Below, piece after piece: positions 44,471-56,382 of a stretch of DNA of 64,000 nt; the stretch's first letter is position 1; each line of letters begins with the position of its first letter. The stretch is from Babesia bigemina. Taxonomy: Eukaryota. The notes under the pieces were generated by a model. It was not told where the DNA came from and searched no databases. It saw only the letters and a list, made by a program, of their open reading frames with translations. A program made the translations under genes and the position numbers. The stretch is from contig NC_027219.1 of NCBI RefSeq assembly GCF_000981445.1, forward strand, positions 682,001 through 746,000, read 5' to 3'.

Positions 44471-44932
44471 ATGAGCGCTGGGCCTTGTGGATGCAGAGAA
44501 GCAAAGTGCTGTGATGGCGATACTACTTGCTGCACGACTAAAGGTTGCAAACCAGAAGGACCATGTGAATGTTGCCCCTGTGCATGTGGATGCGGATGCA
44601 AGAAATCGGATGGTTGCCAGTGCTGTCCATGGTGCTGTGAAAAATGTCCAAATTGCCCACGATGCAAGGATAATCACGAACGTCGCAAAAGCGGCGAATG
44701 CAATCACAAGGGTTGTAAGAGATGTACAAACTGGTTGAAGTGTCGATGTCATTGGTGCATAGTTCGCTTATGCGCAATACTTGGCACTATTACATTTTTC
44801 GTCGTCTTTCTCATTGTCTACTACAAATATCCCGACAAAGCTCAGAAATTGAAACGTGAAATTGAGCATGCATTTGGTACGCAAACACAGCCGCCCACCT
44901 CATTAATTGCTACACCCAGGGCCCTCTCATAG
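44471..44932 (+). CDS. 153-aa cysteine-rich (metallothionein-like) single-pass membrane protein
   Basis: 29 Cys in the first ~101 aa as CC/CxC/CxxC, then a TM (AILGTITFFVVFLIVYY) and a short tail. AAAATG start context; paralogue at 14289. Confidence 0.85.
   Translation: MSAGPCGCREAKCCDGDTTCCTTKGCKPEGPCECCPCACGCGCKKSDGCQCCPWCCEKCPNCPRCKDNHERRKSGECNHKGCKRCTNWLKCRCHWCIVRLCAILGTITFFVVFLIVYYKYPDKAQKLKREIEHAFGTQTQPPTSLIATPRALS
44719..44839 (+). repeat. Dispersed direct repeat, copy 2 (partner 14315-14435)
   Basis: 114 of 121 nt identical by manual alignment. Confidence 0.92.
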
Positions 44933-45483
44933 CCTCACACAGCTGGCAAATTAGCTAATAATGAAGTCGTCACATGCATACATCAATTGGCGTCCTTTGT
45001 TATATGTACTAATGGAGAATTACAAGCCCACGTCGCCATCATATGGGGAATAGAATGAGAAGCCAAGCAGTTGGTCGCATACGCGGACACCAGACGTTCG
45101 ACATTCCGTCTACAATTCTGACTCATCTAATGTACGCGTGAACATGCTAGCACCTACGTGCGTGACTAATAGATGTGCACAGCCGTGCTAAAATATGACT
45201 TCAAGGCACGCGGTATCGTAGTTACGGCTGTCTATATGCGTAACATTATTGTTCGCACCACAATAATCATTTTACGCTGTTGATAAGATAGGCTGTTGTC
45301 AGCCAAATTGTAGCGTCGAGGTGGCGGGAACGTGCCGCAACGGTCTGTGGAGTTAAGAGCTCTCTGTGCTTTCATGTAGTTGACCACCACACTATTCTAC
45401 ACGCCATACAGCTCGCCATTGCATGTGTAGTTGCTCTTCGCAACAATATGTACACGGTGATGCAAATAGGTGTATGTATGTCC

Positions 45484-45512
45484 ACACACAAGTAGACGGC
45501 GCTGTGCATGCA
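45484..45512 (+). promoter_or_regulatory. ACACACA and TGCATGCA motifs (ApiAP2-type cis elements) upstream of the micro-ORF
   Basis: ACACACA at 45484-45490 and palindromic TGCATGCA at 45505-45512, ~100-125 nt before ATG 45610. Motifs this short can occur by chance. Confidence 0.35.
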
Positions 45513-45609
45513 TATGCGTTTATGTACATTTTACAGCCAAGATTACACGGGAGCGTTCGAGGCTTCAAATAAGCTTTTCATTGTTGTGCAGGGCCTTTTG
45601 TTAAGCAAG

Positions 45610-45735
45610 ATGAGCCAGGGTGCGCCGGCGGCGTGCGGGTGTGGTAGCACTAAGCATAGCAATTATGCGTGCATAGGCATTGCTTTCGCCGTCATTGCAA
45701 TCGTCTGTGCCGCTTTCTATTTCGTCGCCAAATAA
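45610..45735 (+). CDS. 41-aa tail-anchored microprotein with a CGC motif
   Basis: MSQGAPAACGCGSTKHSNYACIGIAFAVIAIVCAAFYFVAK; clean C-terminal TM and CAAGATG start context. Confidence 0.55.
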   Translation: MSQGAPAACGCGSTKHSNYACIGIAFAVIAIVCAAFYFVAK

Positions 45736-46324
45736 GTGCCGCTGAAGTTACGTGGCGCGTGGCCCGTGGGAGTTAATAGCGTGATACTGCGCCGATGGTG
45801 AAGTGTGTATACCAAAGGACATCTAATTCGTCAAATAATGATCGCCTTTTCAGTTAACCCTTTGACTGTTAGCACATCGGGTATCTGGCGTGTCAGGGAT
45901 GTGTCTGCGTGGCCATACGGGCGCTAACGGAGGAGACGTTTGCACCTTTTCTCACGTGTTTATCGCGTGATGGCGATGCTACTACTGGCTTCTTACGCAA
46001 CATCACATTGACTACCTACGTCGGCATCGCACGCTACAGCTCACCTCTGCGCTTGGTAGCGCACGCTTAATGCGGTTCGGCATAAACACTATTTGGTTGT
46101 TGCATTTATGACATTGCGTCACTTAAAAAACAACCGGAAGCCTCTTAATATCTGTGCTACGGTGTGTAACGGCATACGGCGCATTAGACAGAGCAAATCC
46201 GTTCGGCTGCGGATCCCCTCGCTTTGCGGCCGTATAAATGAAGCATATATACCGTCGCTACATCAGGATACTTAGTGCAATGCGCATATTACTACAATTT
46301 ATAGGCAAGCGTTCACGGCGCTAT

Positions 46325-48803
46325 TTAGGTTCCCCGTGGCTGGTCTCGCTCAACATCAATTTCTTCGGTGTTGAAGTGCACCTTGCTATATTTGGCTTGC
46401 ACGCTGCGTTTGATCCTGAGCATTTCTCTGAAGCACTCTTCGTTTCCGTGTAGCACCTCGAACTCGCGCCAGTCCTTCCAGAACTGTTCGTGTTTCTCCG
46501 GATCGCAGAGCTGGGCGCAGTAAATGAATATGGCACGAGCTCTGTCTATTTCTCCAAGACCTCTTTCCATCTGGATGTACATGCCACAGAGTTCGCGTGC
46601 GTATTCGTCGTCTACGAATTCGAGGCACTCCTGGTATATGTTTCTTGTTTGCACTATTCCGTAAAATTCGGCTGTTTTGGCCAGGTACAACTTGATCATG
46701 GTGAGTTGGTCACCCTTGTCCGCGCACTTGGTCGCGTCTTTCAATATCCCTAGGCAGCGCCTGACTAGCCCGAACTCCTCCTCCATGTGGGCGTAGAGGA
46801 AGTACAGGTACTTGACGTACTGCGCGGGCACGTCTCCAGTTTTGGAGTCCTGCCCCGGATTTAAGCAATGGTCGAATATGTCGCGTGCACGCTCCAGTTT
46901 GCTTCCGTGGTACCTGTTGACAAACTTGGTGAGGTACGGCAGGTAGAGGTAGTAGAGCTGCGGCCACTTAAACAGAGCGACACATTTCTCGAATACGCTG
47001 AAAGCGGCTTCAAAGTATCTATTGTCCTCCAGAAAGGTGGCGAAATTGAGCGCAATTTGCGGCGTCACCACCTTGAGTTCGACCATGAGGTCAAACGTTG
47101 ACCTGCAGGTTGCGATGGTCCCCAGGTTCTGCTCCAGGTCCAAACACAGACTCCAGAGCTTTACCGACCGATACAGCCGCTGCTGCACATGGTTTGGATC
47201 CTTTTTGTTCCTCACATCAATAGCCTGCCTCGCTAAATCCAACGCTCTTCTGAAGTTCTGGTTCCTCAGGTGCATTTCCACCCAAGCGCACCAGATGGAG
47301 GCCAAATCGTCCACATACTTGAAATTCCCCTCCACAGCCTTTTCGTACACGTGATCAGCCGCGTCGATGTCTCCGGACGATTCGAAATGCGAAGCATATG
47401 CGGTCCACAGTTCGGTGACCCTGCCCACTGACCGCTTGGGGTCCACTGCAGCTACAGCCTGTTCAAATATTTGCTGCGTTTTGTTAGGGTCGTTCTGCAT
47501 GAGCTGTGCGTAGTGCAGCCAGTTGTAGACGTTGTGGACGTTCTGCTTCAATTTGACGTTTGCCATGAGAATGGCGCGTGTGTTGATGAGGTTCTCCAGC
47601 CTGTCCACGGTGATTATGACGTCGGTTGCGGCTCCCGCGGTTTTCTTACGCTCTTTGGCTAACTTTTCCAGGAACCTCGCGTACACTTCGAAGATTGTTG
47701 AGAAGTCTTGCACCGTTGTGACCGACTTCAATGCCTCCTGCAAAGTTTTAGCTGTTGGCGTGTCTAGAACTCACCTCATACACGTCGCGTGCGCTGTGCA
47801 TCTGCCCCCTCAGTATATGTATGTCAGCCAGTATAACCCAAAGCTGGGCGACCTGGTCGCTGTACTTTCCGATTCCCTCCTTTATGATATCGTCGATCGG
47901 GATGCTGTGTATGTGGTGGGAGTTGTCTCTGACAAGCTCGCAGAGTTCCACCCACAGGTCATACTGCGACTTGCCGCTTTCGGAGACGAACTTGTCGTCA
48001 TTCAGCAACTCACAGAGCACCACACAGGCCTCATCATACTGCTTGTGCCGTTTCAGCAATTCGTACAGCGTTTCCCTGTGGTTGGGCTTGAGCTGGATGT
48101 AGCGCCTGAGCACCGCCCTCCCCATCGGCAGCAGGTCCACCTCCTTGACGAACTGGAGGTAGTGGTTCCAGATCATCGCATGCTGAGTAATGGGCAGGTT
48201 GAGCAACGCTCGATCGTACGTGCGCCTTGCGCGCGTGATCATGTTCTGCGTGCGGAGGAACTGCCCGTAGAGCAGGTATATCGCCGGCGCGGCGTAGACA
48301 TGAACCAGACAGTTTTCAAACACCCGGTTGATGCGCAGATACGCGGCCGGGTTTGCATAGAAAGGCGCTTTGATGGCCTCTATGCTGTCCCTAATGTAGC
48401 CGTACCATACTTTGTAACTCAGCGGCACGTACTTTACCGCCCGTTCATAGGTGGCCAGAATCCTTTCGGTGATTGGGTCGTTACCACGTTCCTGACCACT
48501 TGTAGCCGTACCATCGTTATGGTGTGGCACTTCGGACGCCACAGTCTCGAGTATGCATATATCCTTTATCCGGTACACCCTGGCGTTGCTGCCAGGCTGC
48601 CTCAGCGACTTGAGGAGTGCGATGTGGTCCACCCATGGCTTGCACAGGTCCGGGTACCTGTCTATTTCCTTATGGAATCGTTCGTCGTACAGTGCCGCCA
48701 GTTCCTCGTGTTTTTTGCGATCATATGTGGTATCCAGGTATGCCGCGGCGTCGTAGACATCGCCGCCGGCGCCCGTGTGCCCGGATGGCCACTTTTGCGC
48801 CAT
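46325..48803 (-). CDS. SYF1: Pre-mRNA splicing factor SYF1/XAB2 (HAT repeats), 2 exons
   Basis: YERAVKYVPLSYKVW, RRTYDRALLNLPITQH, LKQNVHNVYNW, SKLERARDIF, GEIDRARAI, FEVLHGNEECFREMLRIKRSVQAKY. Intron 47738-47774. Confidence 0.96.
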
Positions 48804-49161
48804 CTGTGCTAGGCAGTACTATCACTCGTAATTAGCCGTATTATACTACAATATCCCGTCTCTATGCCGGCAACGAGACCAGATCACGCGGAGGTATGTG
48901 TCGACGTGCTTGACGCTTGTGATTCTGTGCTTACCATCCGCGATTCTCCCATCCTAACCATTACACCCAGAATATATGATTCTTCAGTGTTAGGATTTTT
49001 CTACAGTGTGTCACTGGTAGTGGGCGTATAACCCTGGAATCGTTTCCTCGACGTCAGCCCTACCAACCGCGTGCCCAGTGCACTAATGGAAGATTCCGCA
49101 TCACTGCCTCCCGCCGTGATGCGCCGTATTCGAGTTTTATTCTGCCAGTGAGACCTTCGTT

Positions 49162-49697
49162 ATGGACCGTTCGCCGGGGCGTCCCGTCCGCTACATACCG
49201 CGGCGCTCGGGTAACTCTAACTCAGATGACCAGAATGAGAACACTGTACGCGTCTGGGTCGGCAACATCCCACCTTCGGTAAACTTTTCGTCGTTAATAT
49301 CGGCTCTGCGGGAGTGCGAACTACCCACGTGGACACATGTGTTACTGAGGAAGGGCGCCCATCGGAATTTCGCGTTTATTTCCTTCACCAATCATGAGGA
49401 TGCCACATTGTGCGCACAGATTCTCCACCATCGCCGCGTCTTCCCAGGTGTGTTTGAGTAGCTATCTCTGCGTTCGATGCTGCTTGTCTGGATGCCTCCG
49501 GTTGTGCCTTCCGTTGTAGGCGGTACTGCGTCGCTGCACTTCGGGTTACACCGTAGCCCGGAAAAGCGTTGCACGTGCACACATAAAGGTGTTTGGCTGT
49601 GTGGCGGTGTTATTGCCTTTTCGTTTACTGGATTTCCACGATTGTGCTCTCTTGGGAGAGGCATCGCGGAGACCCTGCATGGACTTGTTTCCATTTT

Positions 49698-49729
<32 letters not shown>

Positions 49730-50492
49730 TATCATCGTCATAACCATCCGTATGTACTTGTGAGAAGCCATCGCTACATGTGTTTGCCCAGTTATACGTT
49801 TGTGTACGTGTATACGTAAGAAATTGGCCGTAATATACGTTGCAGACTCTGACCTACCTCTGAAGGCGCAATTGGAGACGCCTCGCGATGGTGGCGATTT
49901 ATCATCCACCACTGCCAATTCAGATGACTTAAAGGTCACATATGGCGGCAACCGCCAAAGATCGGGCTACAGACGCAACATGACCAGTACAACTCACGTG
50001 TACGAAATGTTGCAGGACGCAGACGAGTCGACGCTGTGGCACGTCTACAAAAACGAGGACGGCATCCCGTACTACTACAATCACATCACGGGTTGCACGC
50101 AGTGGGAGAGTCCGGTTCCACCGTTGGTCGCGGTTGCGAACTCGGTGAACGAGCGTACCCGTGGGGTGTCTCCGGACGGCGCAAATTTGTTTATTTTCCA
50201 CATCCCGCCGTGCTGGACGGACAAAGATCTTGCTATGCACTTCACTCCTTTCGGCAACGTTGTTTCAGCCAGGGTGCAGAAAGACGGGAATGGACACAAC
50301 GCAGGTTGGTGTTTGCTTGCTCTTATGTCTGCACTGTTCGCCGACACTGCTGACTGGCATTCAGGTTTCGGCTTCGTTAGTTACGACAACTGCCAAAGTG
50401 CAGCTGCGGCGCTACGCTTAATGAAGGGCTACGCCACTAACTCTAAATTTTTAAAGGTCGAGTACAAGATTAAGGACAGCCCACGCAGCTAA
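49162..50492 (+). CDS. RNA-binding protein with RRM-WW-RRM layout (CELF-like C-terminal RRM)
   Basis: RRM1 [55 protein letters not shown]...FGNVVSARV...GFGFVSYDN. Probable introns 49449-49845 and 50305-50364. Confidence 0.85.
49698..49727 (+). repeat. (ATC)10 microsatellite in the first intron of the RRM-WW gene
   Basis: Ten perfect ATC units followed by degenerate units. Confidence 0.95.
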
Positions 50493-50537
50493 AGCACGCG
50501 CTACCGTGCGTTCGCGCCAATCACATAGGCCTCACGC

Positions 50538-51657
50538 TCACGTGAACGTACGTAATAACCTAGATATAGCTATGATTAGTGCGGCCACCAATATGCCCCC
50601 GAAAACCACGCGCATGACGACGGCGTTTAGCCTGCCCTGCTTGAGCAGTTTGGTAAGGTAGGCATCAGCCTCCTTGATGGAGAATTTCGTCTCCTGAACC
50701 TCCTTCTGTACATTGTATAAGACGTTGCGCTGCTCGTAGAGCTCCCCCGCGGCACTGGCTCCGATCATCTCCGTCTCCTGTGCCATCGCGCAGGAGGTCT
50801 GGAGGTACTCATAACCCTTTTGTATGAGCCTGTCATTTTCCTTCAGCTGGTTGTAGTGTCCGCCCTCTGGCTGCTTGTTTCTGCCGCCTGCTCGTTATTC
50901 TAGCCAATGCCCGTTTTTGAGTAACGTACTGCCCAAGAGCTGCATCCGCTCCAGTTCGATTTCCAGGCCTTTTGTGCGATTCGATGCATTTTTGAGGACC
51001 GACTTTATTCGGCGTATCTCTTCAATGCGCGTAGTTGCGATATCTCCGTCTGAGGCGCGAGCTTCCAGCTCCAGCTGTCTGACCTGCACGGCGTGAGTAT
51101 GTTGTTGTACGGAGCATGTGCCATATCTCATTTGTATGCAGCCACTGACGCCTCCTATACCAAACATCCCGCAATATACCCGCTGGACTCCTCCAACCAT
51201 TATATATGCCGATATTGCCGCCTCTCGTAATTGGCAGAGTGCGTGGCGATGAGCGGAACACATCGCCACCGTTAAGAGCAACGTGATATGAAATAGCACA
51301 CATTCCACCCACAGACGCAATGCAATCACGTCCCAGGCTCCTTACCGTTTCATCAGCGGAAGAGATGACTTTCTTGAGCTGCTCTATGTTTTGCCGCTGT
51401 GTAGTCGAGCTTCCTACGGCAACATTTACTCGCATTCAAAAAGCACGGTCCACACATTAATAACAGCTAACGTATTGGCTTCTCTGAAGCGGCGAAACCG
51501 GATGAAGCGCCGCTCAAAATTGAGCGGCAACTCTAGGTCATACGCATCTTGGAGTTAACCTACCGATCGCTCCTTGGTCGCACACTCTAAGCTGATCGGA
51601 TACCTTCTCCAGAATGCCCTTTACATGGCGGTGGTACTCCTCGAAGAGATCGTCCAT
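50538..51657 (-). CDS. VTI1: Qb-SNARE Vti1-like, multi-exon
   Basis: MDDLFEEYH start, VRQLELEAR Habc helix, SNARE motif AQETEMIGASAAGELYEQRNVL, and a C-terminal TM. Confidence 0.88.
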
Positions 51658-51812
51658 TTTTATGGAGTGGCAACAGGTCGGTTGCGGCGGCTCAGCGTTG
51701 CCAACCACCCGGCATCACTCACGGCATACGCTGACCAGCAATAGCCATTTACCGTCCATTTACTAAGCCGTATTAACAAAACAGTCAATGAAACTGGAGA
51801 CAGCAGCAGAAC

Positions 51813-51817
51813 AAAAA
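51813..51817 (-). terminator. Pol III oligo(T) terminator after tRNA-His
   Basis: T5 run on the minus strand, 1 nt after the tRNA 3' end. Confidence 0.7.
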
Positions 51818-51818
51818 C

Positions 51819-51890
<72 letters not shown>
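51819..51890 (-). tRNA. tRNA-His-GTG: tRNA-His (GTG)
   Basis: GTCCAAA/TTTGGAC acceptor stem, anticodon loop TTGTGGC, T-loop GGTTCGATTCC. No encoded G-1 or CCA. Confidence 0.96.
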
Positions 51891-52197
51891 TACGTCCACA
51901 CCCGAAATCCAGTGCTTAAGCTGTACTGCACACACCATACAAATAATTATTGTTTATGTATGTGACGTTAGTGATAGGAATCTTGTCACCTTTCGCGACA
52001 TCAACGACACATTATGCATAACAGGGCTACCAGTGGCTTTTATACGTCATGTGATCTTAAGGTAGATAACTGGTGGATTAGGCTACCCTGGCCAACGTTT
52101 ACCTTTATTTAATAATTTGACGCACGACTTATCGAACTCATCTAGATCATAAATATGCTGCTAATGGACGTATATCATAATAAGCGAGGCCAATAGA

Positions 52198-52221
52198 TGC
52201 CGTGACCCGGGATCGAACCGA

Positions 52222-52265
<44 letters not shown>

Positions 52266-52270
52266 ACGGC
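52198..52270 (-). tRNA. tRNA-Phe-GAA: tRNA-Phe (GAA)
   Basis: GCCGTGA/TCACGGC acceptor stem, TAGCTCAGTTGGGAGAGC D-arm, CTGAAGA anticodon loop, GGTTCGATCC T-loop. Confidence 0.97.
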
Positions 52271-52757
52271 CCACAAAGGGTGTTGAAATCTTAGTCAAGG
52301 CTCAGTGTCTACGCGCTTATGCAGTACGTACTGGCGTAAATAAACCTTCGCTGGTCGGGCGTTGCTCTCCACTGATCTTTTTCATGCTTGCAACGGCTTC
52401 ATTCAACGCTGTTATGAAAAAGCAGCCGTAGTTAGGCTGGGATGTGTGGATTAATGGTTTCGCAATTTGCGGCGGCCGGTGGAATTTTCGCTACTGTCGT
52501 CTCGCGTCGCTGAGTGGAGCGGCTGCGCAGGCGTACACCTGCTTTCAGAGATGTGTTAAACTCTGTATATGCGCTATCGTGGCGTCTATGCGACCTGTCG
52601 GTGTGTTGGCGTTCGTTTGTATTCCGCTCCACGGCCGTACGGAATCCATACTTTTGCACGGGACATGGGCCGGATTCATAATACACGCCCCTCTTATGCC
52701 GTCGGGTGTTGACGGCCAATTAGGTTTGTCTTAGGTGCTTCTTGGGTATGGGAAGCA

Positions 52758-55429
52758 ATGTCACGTACGCCAAGTCGCCAATCTAGCCGGGAGTCAACCC
52801 GGCAATCTGCTGAAGGTGACGCTAGTGAGAAACCTCCTAGCCGATCCCAGAGCTTTGTTGAGAACGAGCAGTCTGGCGTTTGGTGGCTCTATGGACAAGC
52901 GCGGCGTTTTTTCCGCTCGTACCGCAGCCGGAGGTTCGAGGAGGTAAAGAAGCCCGTCTCCAATGCCGTTGCTCCCACGGTTGAGGCGCCGCAACCACGA
53001 TCGCTCCTGCGCACTGTGAGCGCCTTTTTTACGCGTGGCCAGGACAATGAAAGTGGACCGTCAGCCAAATGCGTTGCGCCGTCGGCCCCCCCATTGGCCG
53101 ATAGGTGCTCTCCATCTCGGGGCCGCCCGACTCGGCTGCGATGGCGCCACCGCGCCTTTGCGAAGCGAGACGACGGGAGGCTGGATGGCGGTTTGTCCGG
53201 AAGCGACAGCAGCAACGAGAGGGGCCGCCTGCCTGCCGGTCCTCGGGAGACCATGAGCGACCATGAGTACACGATCCGTCGTTCCGCGTCTTCTGCTTCT
53301 TTATCGTCTACTCCCATGACGGCGCCCGACATTTTGGACGCCGATCCGTTTTGGAGGGATCACCACAACCGAGTTGTGGGAAGTTCGCCGTCTCGTTCTC
53401 GAAGGTCGTCTCTGGACGACACGCGCAGCGAACGCAATAGTGACCGCCGGCCGATGAACTCACTGATCCAGCGATTCACAGCGTTCCGTCGTGGTGACAG
53501 CGAAGGGCAATCTGATGAAAGTTCGAACTCCCCCTTCGCCAAAGCAGCCGGCGGGCGCGACCGCGGCGGCCCGAATACCGGGCGTGCGACGCACTACAGC
53601 CCCACCCGTGACTGGCTCCACAATGAGGACGACGCTGGTGGTTCTGACAGCAATTCAAGCGTCCGAGAGGGGCGCTTCTTCAACTTTCGCAACAAGATCT
53701 CTTCGTTACGCCGAATTTTACCGCCATCGAAGAATGCGCCAGCCAACGCCGATGGGACGGTAAAGGGTGTCCGGAGGTTCCGCCTGCTGTCTTGCCGTCG
53801 TTCGTCTCATTCCGAACGCGAGGACGAGCGGTATAGCTCGGGAACGGACTATGACCGATCGCCGCGTCTCTATCGCTCGTCGTTCCATGGGGACCACCCT
53901 GGCTCGGGGTCGTACTGGCGGCTCGATTCTGCAAGCTCGCGGGACGAATCCGGCGCTCACAAGAGTACCGACTCCAACGCGAATTCGCCATTGGAGCGGG
54001 TGGTAGTGCTGACGTCAAACCCCCAGCCGGAGTTCGACTTGGTCCCCATCTGTCTGACCAAGTGGACTGCTGAGGCCGTGCTGAATTTGGAGGATACGTT
54101 TAGTTCGATACCGTTGCTGAGGGAGACCCCGCTGGCGAACCGCGGCGACGTTTTCCAGCGAAAGCTGATTGCGTGCCAGACTGTGATAGACTTCAACTCC
54201 AAGAAGGTGCTGCAGCGCGCCATAGAGCTGAAGCGCCAGACGCTGCTGGAGATCATCGAGTACATCAGCACCACCCGCAACTGCATGAACGAGAGCGTGC
54301 TGCGGGACGTGATCGACATGGTGGCCGCGAACGTGTTCCGCAGCCTTCCTCCGCGGACCAAGAAGTCGCCGTTCAGCAACGAGATCGACGAGGAGGAGCC
54401 CACGCTGGAAATATCGTGGCCGCACCTGCAGATTGTGTACGACATGTTTTTGCGTGTGATTGTGAGCAACGAGGTGAGTTCTAAGATGGCCAAGAATATG
54501 ATCGACAAGCCTTTCGTGCTTAAGCTGTTAAGCGTTTTGAACTCCGAGGACCAGCGCGAGCGCGATTATTTGAAGACGATTCTGCACCGCATCTACGGCA
54601 AGATCATGCCCCTGCGCACCTTCATCCGGAAATCGATCGACAACCTTTTCACGCACTTCATCTACGAGACCGAGAACCCATACGGCATCACGGAGCTGCT
54701 GGAGATTTTGGGCAGCATCATCAACGGCTTCGCCGTGCCCCTGAAGGAGGAGCACAAGATCTACCTGGAGAAGTCGCTGACCCCGTTGCACAAGCCGAGC
54801 TCTGTGCGCAGCTACCACGCTGCCCTGTCGTACTGCATGATCCAGTACGTCAACAAGGACCGCAGCCTGGCCTCTGTGGTTTTGCGCGCGATCCTCAAGT
54901 TCTGGCCCACGACGAGTGCGCAGGCCGAGGTGCTGTTTCTGAACGAGATGGAGGAGGTGCTGAACCTGACGGAGTCGACCGAGCTCTCGTGCGTGGTGCG
55001 CCCAGTGTCTGTCCGGCTGGCGCAGTGCGTGTCGTCGTCCCACTTCCAGGTCGCCGAGCGCGCGCTGTACGTGTGGAACAACGACCGCGTCTCGCGCCTC
55101 CTGAGCATGCACAAGCGGGAGGTGTACCCCTACATCGCGCCCGCGCTCAAGCAGAACATCGAAAGCCACTGGAACGACGCTGTGCGCGCTTTGACGCTAA
55201 ACGTGGCGGCACGTCTGTCGGACTACGACCCCGAGCTGTACTTGCAGTGTACGCAATTGATGCACGGATCTAGGTGGGTTGGGAGCACGTAGGTTTAACT
55301 ATTTGCAGATCGGGCAGCACGGCTTCCCTGACCCCGTTAGGCAGCTTTTGCACTTCCGTCGTGAGTTCGAGCGACAGCCCGAGTCCGCCGGAGCAGCGTA
55401 CGTCGTCGCACGACACGGAAGAGCAGTAG
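52758..55429 (+). CDS. PPP2R5: PP2A regulatory subunit B' (B56) with a long Ser/Arg-rich N-terminal extension
   Basis: EEPTLEISWPHLQIVY, SEDQRERDYLKTILHRIYGK, ELLEILGSIINGFAVPLKEEHK, SSHFQVAERALYVWNN. Probable last intron 55274-55308 gives a stop at 55429; the unspliced ORF stops at 55292. Confidence 0.95.
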
Positions 55430-55627
55430 ACGGCCTGTAGACAGTTGTCAGCACCTGGTTTCACGATCCCGGGATGCGCATTCGGCGCCTGCGAGGGATG
55501 TCCGGCTCGCGTCAGTACTTTGGACACAGCACACCCACCACACCTGTGCCATCGGGCGGCTAATAACCTGCATTTCCTATTAGTGCAACTGCATAGTTTA
55601 ACTATATTCGCTGATTTAAATAGCAAG

Positions 55628-56382
55628 ATGGATTCGACTGAGGGCGAGAAGTTGTCGGCGCGCAGCCAGAGTGGCGCGGAGCTCGACTCGCAGAGCGAGA
55701 AGAATATCGACTCCGCCAGGTCCGGCGCCTCCGAGACCATGCCCGCACCCGCCCCCGCGGCCTCCGCCGATGCGGGCCGCATCATGCGCGCGGACAGTGC
55801 TGCAGCCGGCTTCAACGCCCTCTCCGCCAGCACCCCGGTCTGCTACTGTGTGTACGAGGAGGTGGCGCAGGGCACCTTCTACTTCCAATGGAAGGCTAAC
55901 ACCCAGGAGCCCATCAACAACCATGTGATGATGTTCGTGCCCAGCAAGACGGTCCCCAAGTTCAAGCTGGTCAACGACGGCGGCCGCTCCGAGCTGGCCA
56001 CGCGCGTGATGGTAAGGTTGCACCTTGCGCCGCGTAGCGTCACTTTGCGCAGCCCGACAAGCAGAAGTTCTGGTCGTCCCTGTGCCTGTTCATCAAGTCT
56101 GCGAAGGAGTACAAGGCCAAGCTGCAGCTGTTCCCCGGGTGGAACGACATCGTCCCCTACAAGTCCGACATTTACTTCCACAACGGCACCAACACGGTAT
56201 GCGTCCGCGCTTGCGCTGCTAACCCACCGCAGGTGACCAAGGTCGGATACGAGCCCATTGACCTCGAGGACGTTGCCGCGATCGGCATTGCCGGCCGCGC
56301 CAACCTTCTGATGGCGAACAAGATGTCTAAGGAGCAGTTCTCCCAGGGTGTCCGCAAAGGAGGATACTGCCTGATGCTCTGA
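55628..56382 (+). CDS. Immune-mapped protein 2 (IMP2/IMP1-like) family protein, 3 exons
   Basis: YCVYEE..GTFYFQW, FVPSKTVPKFKL..GGRSEL, DKQKFW..LCLFIK.AKEY. Introns 56012-56052 and 56197-56232. Confidence 0.78.

Noticed and set aside
49589..49951. Poly-His, poly-Ser and poly-Met ORFs
   Set aside because: They are translations of the intronic (ATC)n microsatellite.
51891..52197. C/D snoRNA in the tRNA spacer
   Set aside because: No convincing RUGAUGA plus CUGA pair with a terminal stem on the tRNA strand.
9363..55429. Functional clustering of PP2A regulators (TAP42, B56) or trafficking genes (SEC24, USE1, COG5, VTI1)
   Set aside because: They are scattered over tens of kb on both strands among unrelated genes; compatible with chance in a compact genome.
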